From positions 31,636-95,635 of the forward strand of contig DATLSZ010000029.1 in the NCBI GenBank assembly GCA_035533875.1: 64,000 nucleotides of DNA. The letters are read 5' to 3'. The notes beneath the pieces are model-generated. The model worked only from the letters and a program-made list of their open reading frames with translations, was not told where the DNA came from and ran no database searches. Within the stretch, counting starts at the first letter, position 1; each line of letters starts with the position of its first letter. Source of the stretch: Candidatus Acidiferrales bacterium (GTDB lineage Bacteria; Patescibacteriota; Microgenomatia; Levybacterales; UBA12049). Both the position numbers and the translations under genes were made by a program. This document shows, piece after piece, positions 47,633 to 57,159 of this stretch.

Positions 47633-48222
47633 AGAATATTTCAATCGGTGTACTCGCTCTTCAAGGTGATTTTTGGGAACACGTACAAATTTTATCCCAA
47701 CTTGGAATATCTGCAAAAGAGATCAGACTTCCTAAAGATCTCGAAAACATTGATGGTATTATTTTCCCCGGCGGTGAGAGTACGACCATCGCCCAGTTGA
47801 TGGATGTTTTTCATTTGCGAAAACCACTTATAGAGCAGATTCAAAAAGGCATGCCAGTATGGGGAACATGCGCAGGAATGATTCTTCTCGCAAAAAAATT
47901 AGTACAAGCCCGTCCGACACCGCTTGGTGTAATGGATATTATTGTAGACCGTAATGCGTTCGGTAGACAAATTGACAGTTTTACCGTGCCACTATCAATA
48001 AAACCGTTGGGTCAAAAAACAATGGAGGCGACATTTATCAGAGCACCGATAATAAATGAAGTTGGATCGGGAGTTTCAATACTTTCTCAGCTTGATGACG
48101 GAACGATTGTTGCCGCTCAGCAAAACAATATGCTCGCGACGTCGTTCCATCCTGAGCTGACACAAGAAACACGAGTTCATGAATATTTTCTCTCTTTGGT
48201 GGAAAAGAGAAAAACCTTGTAG
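47626..48222 (+). CDS. pdxT: PLP synthase glutaminase subunit
   Basis: GVLALQG, PGGEST, GTCAGMI, RNAFGRQ and FHPEL motifs. Confidence 0.97.
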   Translation: MVKNISIGVLALQGDFWEHVQILSQLGISAKEIRLPKDLENIDGIIFPGGESTTIAQLMDVFHLRKPLIEQIQKGMPVWGTCAGMILLAKKLVQARPTPLGVMDIIVDRNAFGRQIDSFTVPLSIKPLGQKTMEATFIRAPIINEVGSGVSILSQLDDGTIVAAQQNNMLATSFHPELTQETRVHEYFLSLVEKRKTL

Positions 48223-48231
48223 AAGTTTATA

Positions 48232-48948
48232 TCAAACTATCCTGCTGCTTTGTCCAAATTTTTGCAGCACCTCAACGACTTCTTCTGGCGGAAGTTTGGC
48301 AATGTCAATATCTTCAGCTTTTGCAACAAGCACCCCTTTGAGAATATTTTTTGCCTGGAGAGCATCGGTCCGAGTCAAGTTGGGAATTTTTACCACAATC
48401 GGGTTATTCATTCCCGGACTTGCTGACTGCGGCATATAGCGTATCGTAATGGTTGCGAGGAAAAGAAACGTCTGTACATTGACGTCTGATAAATCTTTGA
48501 GCGGAATGGTTGTGATATATTCTGTGGCAAAAAGCTGCTTTTTGGCAATACTCACTTTTGTTGTATCAATACTGAGCGTATCAGTGAATATGGTAAACGG
48601 GAAAACAGACTGGACGTGCAGCATTTCAATATCATGACGGGCGGTGATCGTTTGGACACGCTGCCTGTTCTCTTCTGTTTCTTTTGCATGGATCTGTATC
48701 GCTTCTTCTTTTCCTTTTTGCCGAATTCCTTTATCTCTATTTTTATTTACTTTTTTTTCTAGCTCTCTCCGCTCATCTTTTCGTCCCTCTCGATAAGCTG
48801 CCTCGATGATTTTTCTGTATTCAATACGCGATAAAGTAAGGACATTTTTATTTACTGTTCTATATGCTGTTTCTTTTCTTTGCTCTTCAGAAAATATTAC
48901 TGCATTTTTTATCATGCACATGAGCATAGCAAGGTTATGAAAGAACAA
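48232..48948 (-). CDS. Hypothetical protein with possible PH-like C-terminal domain
   Basis: Charged N-terminus, then SVFPFTIFTD...IPLKDL.DV; start uncertain. Confidence 0.6.
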   Translation of the reverse strand: MFFHNLAMLMCMIKNAVIFSEEQRKETAYRTVNKNVLTLSRIEYRKIIEAAYREGRKDERRELEKKVNKNRDKGIRQKGKEEAIQIHAKETEENRQRVQTITARHDIEMLHVQSVFPFTIFTDTLSIDTTKVSIAKKQLFATEYITTIPLKDLSDVNVQTFLFLATITIRYMPQSASPGMNNPIVVKIPNLTRTDALQAKNILKGVLVAKAEDIDIAKLPPEEVVEVLQKFGQSSRIV

Positions 48949-49007
48949 AAGCGTAATGCGGTAAGAGATCGTTAAGAATGACTACTCAGAACTGATATAA
49001 TTGAAAA

Positions 49008-49904
49008 ATGAAATTTTCAGTGAAACAGAAAGCAATTGCCGCAGTATGTATTGTTGCTTTGAGTTATGTTTTGCTTAATGTGGCAACCCGTTTTATGAAT
49101 GCTGGTTTTGGACCGTTTACACAGGTCTATCTCCGGATCGGATTGGGACTCATGTTGACAGCTCTCTTTTTCATGAAAGAAATTCATCCAGCTAAATTTT
49201 TGAAAACCGGCACGAGAGACTGGTTATTACTTCTCTTGATGGGAACAGCGGGATATGGACTTGCTGTTGATTTCATAACACTTGGGATATTGCATACCAA
49301 GCTTCTTAATGTCTCCGTTATTACTGCAACAACGCCTCTTTTTGTTTTTCTTTTTACTATTTTCATGCTGCGAAAAAAAATCCGGTATTCTTTGCTGTTC
49401 TATTTAATTTTGTCGTTTTATGGCGTATATGTTATCGCGACGAAATCATTCCTCGCTGCTATTTCTAACTTCGGCATAGGTGATCTGTATGTACTGTTCT
49501 TTGCGATGGGATTGGGTGCGTATATTCTGGGAAGAAAATTTCTTTCCAAGCATCTTAATAATTCGGAAATAACGCTCATAGTTCTTGTTATTGCATTTGT
49601 GTGTTCACTCATTACTGCTTTGATTTTTGGAGAACAGTTATCTGCTTCAGGTTTTTTCAATTCGGCTGCTCTTTTTGGACTGATCTTGGCTGGAATGTTG
49701 ATTCTTGTTGCGACAAAGCTGCAGAATTTTGGTTTTGACAAACTTGACTCTGTTGTTGGATCACAGATCATGCTCCTTCAGATTGTTGTAGCGCCTGTGT
49801 TGGGGTTTGTTTTATACAAAGAAACGATACTTCCGGTGGAATTTGCGGGAGCAGCGCTTGTCGTTATCGGTGTCTGGGCGTATATCAGGCAGGCGAAAGA
49901 TTAG
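49008..49904 (+). CDS. DMT/EamA family transporter
   Basis: About 10 TMs; ATTPLFV and LGFVLYKE motifs. Confidence 0.85.
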   Translation: MKFSVKQKAIAAVCIVALSYVLLNVATRFMNAGFGPFTQVYLRIGLGLMLTALFFMKEIHPAKFLKTGTRDWLLLLLMGTAGYGLAVDFITLGILHTKLLNVSVITATTPLFVFLFTIFMLRKKIRYSLLFYLILSFYGVYVIATKSFLAAISNFGIGDLYVLFFAMGLGAYILGRKFLSKHLNNSEITLIVLVIAFVCSLITALIFGEQLSASGFFNSAALFGLILAGMLILVATKLQNFGFDKLDSVVGSQIMLLQIVVAPVLGFVLYKETILPVEFAGAALVVIGVWAYIRQAKD

Positions 49905-49926
49905 TGGTTTAGCATCTCGTGTTTAA

Positions 49927-50057
49927 ACAGTTTGGTATATTCATTTTTTGTGACCCACTTCATTTGGTTAAATTTCGGGGTATTGCACTAGCACCACAAG
50001 TGTCTATTATCATGGCAAGGTGGCATTCGTCACTGCAAAATGCACACACAAAACTGG
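49927..50057. repeat. Structured intergenic repeat, copy B
   Basis: Core 49974-50031 is 51/58 identical to 54053-54110. Confidence 0.75.
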
Positions 50058-50072
50058 TTCTTTATTAAAAGA

Positions 50073-51959
50073 TTAAAAGAGATCTTCTGTGGCTATTCGT
50101 TGTGTGATGACGTGTTCGGGAAGTTCTGTAATAAATCGAGAGACCGTATTGGCTGTCCGCTGTCCGAAAAAGAGCCGGCGTCTTGCATACGTCAGAAAAA
50201 GTTTTTCTTTTGCCCGGGTCATGCCAACATAACACAGTCTCCGTTCTTCTTCGAGCTCAGATTTATCCATAAGAGATCGTGAATGCGGGAAGAGTCCCTC
50301 TTCCATGCCGATGATAAAAACGATCGGGAATTCAAGCCCTTTTGCTGCGTGGAGAGTCATCAGCGTGATTGCGTTTTTCTTCTCACCGTCAGGTTGTTTA
50401 TCCGAATGATATTCTTGTTCAACAAGTGCCACATTTTCCAGAAAATCCGTCAGATCGGGAAATTCGATCGCAACGGATCTTAATTCTTTAATATTTTCCA
50501 GACGTGCACGATCTTCTTCACTCTTTTCATCATAGAGGTCGAGATAGCCGGTTGCCTTGATAACTCCATCTAGGACATCTATGGTTTTGGGAAAACTCGG
50601 AGAATTCAGAGTTTCAGATAGCTCGGAATCTTCGATTTTCTGATCTTCAGATTTTTCTGGAGGCTGAGTATTCTGAGTTTTTAGGATTGTTTCCTGAAAT
50701 TCCAGAAACCGCTGGAGTCTCCCCTTTCCGAGTTTTTCAATCCTTCTATATGACACCATGTCTTTGGGATTATTAATAACGCGGAGATAGGCGAGGATAT
50801 CTTTGATTTCTTTCCGTTCGTAAAATCTCGTACCCCCTATCAAAAGATACGGCAATCCATGATGCAGTAATGCTTCTTCGAGGACGCGGGATTGGGCGTT
50901 GGTTCTGTACAAAACAGCTACGTGGTTGAGCCGTTTTAATCCAAGATTGGCGACAGTGCGTATGATGAAATCCGCTTCATCTTGTTCGTTCTCCGCTTCA
51001 TACAGTTCAATTTCTTCTCCCAGTGGATTCTGGGTCCACAGTTTCAAAACAGGATGACTGGTGTTTCTTGCAATGACCGTTGACGCACCGTCAAGGATTT
51101 TTTGTGTCGAGCGATAGTTTTGTGAAAGTGAAAACGTTTTTGTTCCCGGGAAATCATCCTTGAACCGGCTGAGATTACGGTAATCAGCACCACGCCAGCT
51201 ATAAATACTTTGTGAGAAATCACCGACGACACAGATATTGTTCCACTTTGCTGCTAAGAGTTTGGTCAGCACATATTGTGCGCGGTTGGTATCCTGGTAT
51301 TCGTCAACCAGAATATATTGAAAATTATGTTGATAACGCTTGAGAATCTGATCATGCTCACGGAAAAGCCGGATTGTATGTAAAATCAGATCATCAAAAT
51401 CCAGTGCGTCATTTTCTTTGAGGATTGCCTGATAGACAGGATAAATTTTTGCAACAGTATCCTGAAAATACCCGCGCGCAAAGTTTTTATAATCAGCTGC
51501 AGTTATGATCTCGTTTTTTGCCTGTGAGATAGTTGCATGGATTGAATGGGGTTTGAAATCTCTTGTTGAGATATCAAGTCGCTGCATTGCTTCTTTCACT
51601 GCATCCAGCTGGTCCTGTGAATCATAAATGATAAAATTGTGGGAAAATCCCAGATGATGGCTTTCCCGGCGGAGGATTTTTGCACACATAGCATGGAATG
51701 TTGCAATCCAGGGAAGCGGCTGGTCAGGCAAGAATTTCCTCATGCGCTCTTTCATTTCTGCGGCAGCTTTGTTGGTAAACGTGATCATGAGGATTGCTTC
51801 CGGCGCAATTTTTTTCTCAAGCATCAGATACATGACTTTATACGTGAGTACGCGAGTTTTGCCTGATCCCGCTCCTGCAAGAATGATCATCGGGCCGTCT
51901 GTTGTCAGGACTGCTTTTTGCTGCTCGGCATTTAAATCCTTGAGTAATATGTCTTTCAT
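50073..51959 (-). CDS. pcrA: UvrD/PcrA ATP-dependent DNA helicase
   Basis: AGAGSGKT, TFTNKAA, VDEYQD, QNYRST, TLHAAKGLEF and EERRLCYVGMTRA motifs; start 51959. Confidence 0.95.
   Translation of the reverse strand: MKDILLKDLNAEQQKAVLTTDGPMIILAGAGSGKTRVLTYKVMYLMLEKKIAPEAILMITFTNKAAAEMKERMRKFLPDQPLPWIATFHAMCAKILRRESHHLGFSHNFIIYDSQDQLDAVKEAMQRLDISTRDFKPHSIHATISQAKNEIITAADYKNFARGYFQDTVAKIYPVYQAILKENDALDFDDLILHTIRLFREHDQILKRYQHNFQYILVDEYQDTNRAQYVLTKLLAAKWNNICVVGDFSQSIYSWRGADYRNLSRFKDDFPGTKTFSLSQNYRSTQKILDGASTVIARNTSHPVLKLWTQNPLGEEIELYEAENEQDEADFIIRTVANLGLKRLNHVAVLYRTNAQSRVLEEALLHHGLPYLLIGGTRFYERKEIKDILAYLRVINNPKDMVSYRRIEKLGKGRLQRFLEFQETILKTQNTQPPEKSEDQKIEDSELSETLNSPSFPKTIDVLDGVIKATGYLDLYDEKSEEDRARLENIKELRSVAIEFPDLTDFLENVALVEQEYHSDKQPDGEKKNAITLMTLHAAKGLEFPIVFIIGMEEGLFPHSRSLMDKSELEEERRLCYVGMTRAKEKLFLTYARRRLFFGQRTANTVSRFITELPEHVITQRIATEDLF
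50589..50684. repeat. In-frame palindromic element, copy 3
   Basis: gaaaactcggagaattcag ... ctgagtattctgagttttt. Confidence 0.7.
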
Positions 51960-52037
51960 AGAGTATAATGAAACAATTATAGACTGTTCGGGGTGTCTCC
52001 CCTTGCACAAGAAAAAGGGTACATTTGATTGTAACAC

Positions 52038-52748
52038 ATGAAAAAAATTTATATTGTTGGTAATTGGAAATCCTATAAAACAGTTCAAGAAGCAAAAGCA
52101 TGGCTTGAGAAATTCCAACAGTTACAGCTTCAGTTATCTCCGGATGAGAAGGAAGTAGTTATTTGTCCGTCATTCACCCTACTGCCGTTTATGAGATCTT
52201 TTATTGATGAGAATAAGCTTCTCTTAAAACTTGGCACACAGGATATCTCTCCATTTGATGAAGGAGCGTATACCGGTGCGATCTTTGCAAGAGAGGTGAA
52301 AGAATTCGTGACACATGCAATCGTCGGACATTCCGAACGAAGAAAGTATTTTCACGAAACAGACGCGGATGTCCTTGCAAAAATCAAACAGCTTTTGGCA
52401 AACGATATTACTCCGGTCCTCTGCATCAGTGACATGAAACAGCTTGAATTTTATCTGAAAGAAGATGATGTGCTGATTACCAATGCGGAAAAGATAATTT
52501 TTGTTTATGAGCCGCCGAGTGCTATCAGCGGCGGCGGAGCTTTCCACGCGGCATCTGCTCAAGATATCGATATAAACACTGCAAAGATAGGAAAGATGAT
52601 TGGCAAGACAGTTATTACCCTTTACGGAGGGAGTGTCAATCCCGATAACGCGCATGAGATATTTGCTTTAGAACATGTATCAGGCGGACTTCCTGGACAG
52701 GCGAGTTTGGATCCAGAAAAATTCGCCGCGATCATTAAGGCAATCTAA
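52038..52748 (+). CDS. tpiA: Triosephosphate isomerase
   Basis: GNWK, GAYTG, VGHSERR, YEP and YGGSV motifs. Confidence 0.95.
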   Translation: MKKIYIVGNWKSYKTVQEAKAWLEKFQQLQLQLSPDEKEVVICPSFTLLPFMRSFIDENKLLLKLGTQDISPFDEGAYTGAIFAREVKEFVTHAIVGHSERRKYFHETDADVLAKIKQLLANDITPVLCISDMKQLEFYLKEDDVLITNAEKIIFVYEPPSAISGGGAFHAASAQDIDINTAKIGKMIGKTVITLYGGSVNPDNAHEIFALEHVSGGLPGQASLDPEKFAAIIKAI

Positions 52749-52777
52749 AGATTAATTATTCTACTATTTGCTAACTC

Positions 52778-53977
52778 ATGGATAATGATTATAGACCACA
52801 AACAAGGCGTCGGAGACCAGCCCGCAAGCGGGTGTTTTTTGCTTTATTGGTAGCATTTATTCTTATCTTCGGCGTTTTGATCTGGAAGAGCAGTACTATC
52901 ATTGCGCTTCTCTGGAATACGGGGGTCAGTCAGGTAGCACACTTAGCTCCACATGCTCCTCCTCAGCCAATTAATTTACTCCTTCTGGGTGTTGGCGGAG
53001 CCAAGCATGATGGCCCTGATCTGACCGATACGATAATTTTTATGCATATCGATCCGGTACATAAAAAAGTAATGCTCGTGTCACTCCCGAGAGATCTCTG
53101 GATCCCCGACCTGCATGCCAAAGTCAACGCAGCATATACGTTTGCAAATGAAAAAAGTCCTGGAAGTGGCTTGCTTTATACCAAAACACAGATTGGCAAT
53201 ATACTCGGACAACATATTGATTATGCAATAAAGCTTGATTTCGGGGGGTTTGTGAAAGCGGTCGATATTATGGGCGGACTCGATATCGATGTTGCCCGGA
53301 CGTTTGATGATTATGCATACCCAATCACCGGGAACGAAGATGCAACCTGCGGATTAACAGAAGAGCAAATCGCAAGTGATTCGGCTGCCATTGCTTCGGG
53401 AAGCGCGACAGAGCTTGAATCATTTCCCTGCCGGTATAAGCATATTCATTTTGATAAAGGGATATCGCATATGGACGGTGAGACAGCGCTTGAGTATGTA
53501 CGGTCGCGTCATGCACTTGGTCCCGAGGGATCAGATTTCGCACGGTCCAAACGCCAAGAAAAAGTGATCAGTGCATTTAAAGCAAAACTGTTTTCATTAG
53601 GTACTCTTTCAAATCCGGTGAAAGTAATCGATCTGGTTAATACCCTTCAGGGAAGTTTTGAAACAGATATTCCTCAGAGCAAATATAGTGATTGGATTAC
53701 GATAGCCCAGGATATGAAGGGTGCAAAGATATCCAGTGCAGTTATTGATACAGGTGACACGGAAAATGACCAATATGGGCTTCTTACCAATCCGCCAATA
53801 AGTGATGATTACGGCGGCGCATGGGTGCTCGTCCCTCGGGCTGGCCCGACAGATTATTCGGAGATTCAACAGTATGTGTCATGTCAGGTAGCGGGAAAGA
53901 ATTGTATTGTGGGGCAGTACGGCATCGTTACACCGACGCTCGCTCCAAAGCCCACAAAGGCAGTTACGAAGCAATAG
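52778..53977 (+). CDS. LytR-CpsA-Psr (LCP) family protein
   Basis: TM, then LTDTI, SLPRDLW, ALEYVRSR and SDFARSKRQ motifs. Confidence 0.92.
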   Translation: MDNDYRPQTRRRRPARKRVFFALLVAFILIFGVLIWKSSTIIALLWNTGVSQVAHLAPHAPPQPINLLLLGVGGAKHDGPDLTDTIIFMHIDPVHKKVMLVSLPRDLWIPDLHAKVNAAYTFANEKSPGSGLLYTKTQIGNILGQHIDYAIKLDFGGFVKAVDIMGGLDIDVARTFDDYAYPITGNEDATCGLTEEQIASDSAAIASGSATELESFPCRYKHIHFDKGISHMDGETALEYVRSRHALGPEGSDFARSKRQEKVISAFKAKLFSLGTLSNPVKVIDLVNTLQGSFETDIPQSKYSDWITIAQDMKGAKISSAVIDTGDTENDQYGLLTNPPISDDYGGAWVLVPRAGPTDYSEIQQYVSCQVAGKNCIVGQYGIVTPTLAPKPTKAVTKQ

Positions 53978-54002
53978 TAAGTTTTATTTAGAATTTCTTT
54001 TT

Positions 54003-54133
54003 TCGCTCGGTATACAAATTTTCTTGGACCCTCCTCTATTTGAAGCCGTACATTCGGGGTATTGCATTAGCATCACATTTGTTTATGATCATAGCAAGGT
54101 GGCATTCGTCCTAGCGAAATTTATATACCTCGC
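54003..54133. repeat. Structured intergenic repeat, copy C
   Basis: cgctcggtatacaaattt ... aaatttatatacctcgc outer stem, plus the shared core. Confidence 0.75.
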
Positions 54134-54163
54134 TTTTAAATATTGGTAAGAAAAAAACTAGTT

Positions 54164-56431
54164 CTAGTTTATCTTATAGATCCTCGTATTTCCATGTTCG
54201 TAGACAATGTGTCCGAGCGTCAGGAATTTTTGTTCACTCAAGTTGGGATATTTTTGGACTTCAAGTGTTCCGATATAGACATACTGGATATGATATTTGC
54301 TGATAAGCAGTTTGGCAGTTTGCAGGTCGGTTGTATTATAGAGCGTTTTGACTTCTTCGATTCTTGGTGCGGGTATATCATAGGTTCCCCTCCAAAGCCA
54401 CTCATGGACAGTCCATCCAAGCACTGTCGGAAGTCCTGTATTTGCAGAAATTCTTGCATAGTCTGTATAAGAATCACCCTGCGCCTCAAGTATCACCGGC
54501 TGGCCTTTGATGTTTTTATTCAGCCATTGAATAGCGTCATAGTCATCCGGATATAATGTCTTTAAATAATTAATACCATCAAGCCCTTGATAATTTTTAA
54601 AATTACCATAATATGCATTGACTGCCAGGTACGGATAAGTCATCACGAGACATACAAGAACCGTCGATACAGCCAAGAAAAAGATAGTAATGATCCGCTG
54701 TTTTATTTGTTGATACATCAGGTTGGTTGCCATTCTGACAATAATATACGCGCTGCTAAGGGCGAGCATCATAAATGCCTGGAAGACGAGTTTGAACATT
54801 GTGTTGGCACGATAATAAGTCGGGTAAATATCCTTCAAATAGAAAAATTCCGGAATGAGGATAAGAAACGTTGAAAGGATGATCAGAAGAATAACAAATA
54901 CATCGGTCTGGGTCTGACGCTTGGAACGAAAGATAAATATTGCAAAAGAGATGACAAAGAAATAAAAGAATCCATAAAGGGTGAGTAGTTCCCACCAATA
55001 CGACCGCTCACAGTGACTTGGCTCAAAAAGAAATGGTCCGATTTTGCCGATATGCGTGAGAAAGTCCGGCGCACAGATAACGCCAATCCCTGACGCAAAT
55101 GGTTTAAAAAAGATATTGTACGGCGTTGAGAAAAGGAAGACCGCCGCAGTCATGAGGATAATTAAGAGGAAATAATCACGTCCCCAGGCAATATGCCATT
55201 CATTCGGCAGCTTTAAAATACCGCTCTTTTTTTTGTTCTTCGTGATGATTTTATAAGCCGCTTCTTCTTTTCCGAATGCTTTTTTGTAGAGCGGCGTTCT
55301 CCGGGCCTGCACATACATGATTGTCATTGCTGCAAGCATCCAGTAGATAGCGCCGTCCCACGCGTTGGTCATATACATACAGGCAAGCAGAAGTCCGATA
55401 AAAAGGAGATACAGTGGATGTATTTTGAATGTCTGATCAACGGTAACTTTCTTTTCAAATTCTTGGTCGGTTTGCTTGATAAGTAGTGAGAAAAGAAATG
55501 CTATCGTCAATAGAACAAAAGGGATATCCAGCACGTGCCCGTGGAGATCAGCAACCGTCCATGAATAGATCGGGAACTCATGGATCGTATGATAGATAAA
55601 GCGAGTGGCATTAGGATACCAATAACTATTGGGGAATGAAAACGGTTTGAATGCCAGCTGCCACATCGGCACAACATTGTTCGTATCATATGGTTTGAAA
55701 AACGCATAAAGAATATGCAGATTGCCTCCCATTGTAACAAGACACGCGGTAAGAATACCCGAAAGGACGAGTTTTAATTTTAGCACTTTGTCGGTTTTGA
55801 CAAGGTGATAATATAAATTTGCGCCGAGTGAAAAAGTCTGCGTAAAACAAAATGCGACAATCGATGAAAGCATAAGATTGAATGTAATATATGAAGGAAG
55901 GCCTGAGAGTTTGGTAAGCATCGCGGTTGCCAAATGACCAAAGTAATAATAATTTATGGTATATGGCGTGAACCACATGTCTTTAGGCGGAAAGTAATCG
56001 GAGCGGAGCAGTGAATTGACAAACCCAAAATCCATGAATTTTTCAAGACCATGGATATCAGGAGCAAACGAGTGGATATATGCCCAAACAAAAAGTACCG
56101 CGAGGAACAATGCTTCTTCAAAAGCAAATGTCAGCCATGAATGCTTCACTATATTCCAGAATTTCCACTTTTGCGGAAAAAGAAAGTACGATCCGAGAGC
56201 AAGGATAACTGCTATTGCGATAATTGTAGGATAAGTGAACGGCGCGATATGAAAGGTTCCGAGAACTAAAACTCCATAACCGACAAGAATGACACCGATT
56301 ATTTTTGAAAATAGATAGCCTTTATCAAAAAAAAGTGAAAAAAGCCTGAATGTTACCGGCGTGAAAGCAATGCCCAAGATAACGAGCACCAGCCACCATT
56401 GTAATACCGCATAGATGTCGGAATGAAGCAT
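54164..56431 (-). CDS. DUF2298 / YYY-motif GT-C-like membrane protein
   Basis: EKFMD, PPKDMWF, INYYYFGH, IHEFP, DLHGH, NTMFK and TGLPTVLGW..HE..WR motifs. Confidence 0.88.
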   Translation of the reverse strand: MLHSDIYAVLQWWLVLVILGIAFTPVTFRLFSLFFDKGYLFSKIIGVILVGYGVLVLGTFHIAPFTYPTIIAIAVILALGSYFLFPQKWKFWNIVKHSWLTFAFEEALFLAVLFVWAYIHSFAPDIHGLEKFMDFGFVNSLLRSDYFPPKDMWFTPYTINYYYFGHLATAMLTKLSGLPSYITFNLMLSSIVAFCFTQTFSLGANLYYHLVKTDKVLKLKLVLSGILTACLVTMGGNLHILYAFFKPYDTNNVVPMWQLAFKPFSFPNSYWYPNATRFIYHTIHEFPIYSWTVADLHGHVLDIPFVLLTIAFLFSLLIKQTDQEFEKKVTVDQTFKIHPLYLLFIGLLLACMYMTNAWDGAIYWMLAAMTIMYVQARRTPLYKKAFGKEEAAYKIITKNKKKSGILKLPNEWHIAWGRDYFLLIILMTAAVFLFSTPYNIFFKPFASGIGVICAPDFLTHIGKIGPFLFEPSHCERSYWWELLTLYGFFYFFVISFAIFIFRSKRQTQTDVFVILLIILSTFLILIPEFFYLKDIYPTYYRANTMFKLVFQAFMMLALSSAYIIVRMATNLMYQQIKQRIITIFFLAVSTVLVCLVMTYPYLAVNAYYGNFKNYQGLDGINYLKTLYPDDYDAIQWLNKNIKGQPVILEAQGDSYTDYARISANTGLPTVLGWTVHEWLWRGTYDIPAPRIEEVKTLYNTTDLQTAKLLISKYHIQYVYIGTLEVQKYPNLSEQKFLTLGHIVYEHGNTRIYKIN

Positions 56432-56439
56432 AATAATAA

Positions 56440-56540
56440 GTTCTAATTCCTAGGTTCTAATTCCTAAAGTGTTATTATATTTTGATTATCAATAATTAAA
56501 TTTTGGGTCTTGTTTAGCTATTTGGAATTAGGTATTAGGT
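56440..56540. repeat. Heptamer-periodic inverted-repeat element
   Basis: ttctaat-tcctagg-ttctaat-tcctaa and the complementary ttggaattaggtattagg. Confidence 0.5.
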
Positions 56541-57093
56541 TTTTTGTATTTGCAAAGATATCTGCCAAGTTTGAAATAGCACTGATATTATCCCCGATTT
56601 TGTCCGGTCGAGTATGTTCATCAAGCCAAAAAAATTTGGTCTGTGGATTATCTTTGGCAACATACCGAACAAGGGACAAGTCATCATCCACAAAAATATC
56701 AAGATTGAGCTTTTTCAAGATGTCATTTTTAAATTCATGCGGCTGCTTATTGTCATAGTTAAAATAGAGTTTATCAAAAATTTTATCCAAATGATATTTA
56801 TTTATGAGCCGTTGTGTTTCTGGTTCTAGAAATTTAAATCTGCTTGAAATAAGAAAAAGTTGGTTGTTTTTATCTTTTGCAAGCTCTTTTAAGAAAGATA
56901 GGTTTTGTTTCATCGGCGGTCGAAGAAATGGGTGATGTGATGGCTTTCTCAGTATCAGTTGTTCTGCACGTGAAGGAATTCTGTACAAGAGTATGCCATT
57001 GTCCCGCTGCTTATAAAATTTGTTAATGATGGAAATGGGTACAAATGGCGGCGTGTTGATGAAAATTTTGTCCAGATCAAAACCTATTTTCAT
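56518..57093 (-). CDS. HAD-superfamily (5'(3')-nucleotidase-like) protein
   Basis: IGFDLD, ISSR and FVDD motifs; start 57093. Confidence 0.75.
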   Translation of the reverse strand: MKIGFDLDKIFINTPPFVPISIINKFYKQRDNGILLYRIPSRAEQLILRKPSHHPFLRPPMKQNLSFLKELAKDKNNQLFLISSRFKFLEPETQRLINKYHLDKIFDKLYFNYDNKQPHEFKNDILKKLNLDIFVDDDLSLVRYVAKDNPQTKFFWLDEHTRPDKIGDNISAISNLADIFANTKNLIPNSK

Positions 57094-57159
57094 ATGTGAA
57101 CTTAAAATACAACTGTCCTTTATTATATACAAAATATGACTGTTAATGCCAGAGAAGTT

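Noticed and set aside
52038-52748. Divergent loop 6 in TpiA (EPPSAISGGG) suggesting a pseudogene
   Set aside because: The catalytic K, H and E are retained and the ORF is intact.
49974-54110. Structured repeat as an HDV, twister or hammerhead ribozyme
   Set aside because: Only short partial resemblances; the required pseudoknots and catalytic cores could not be assembled by eye.
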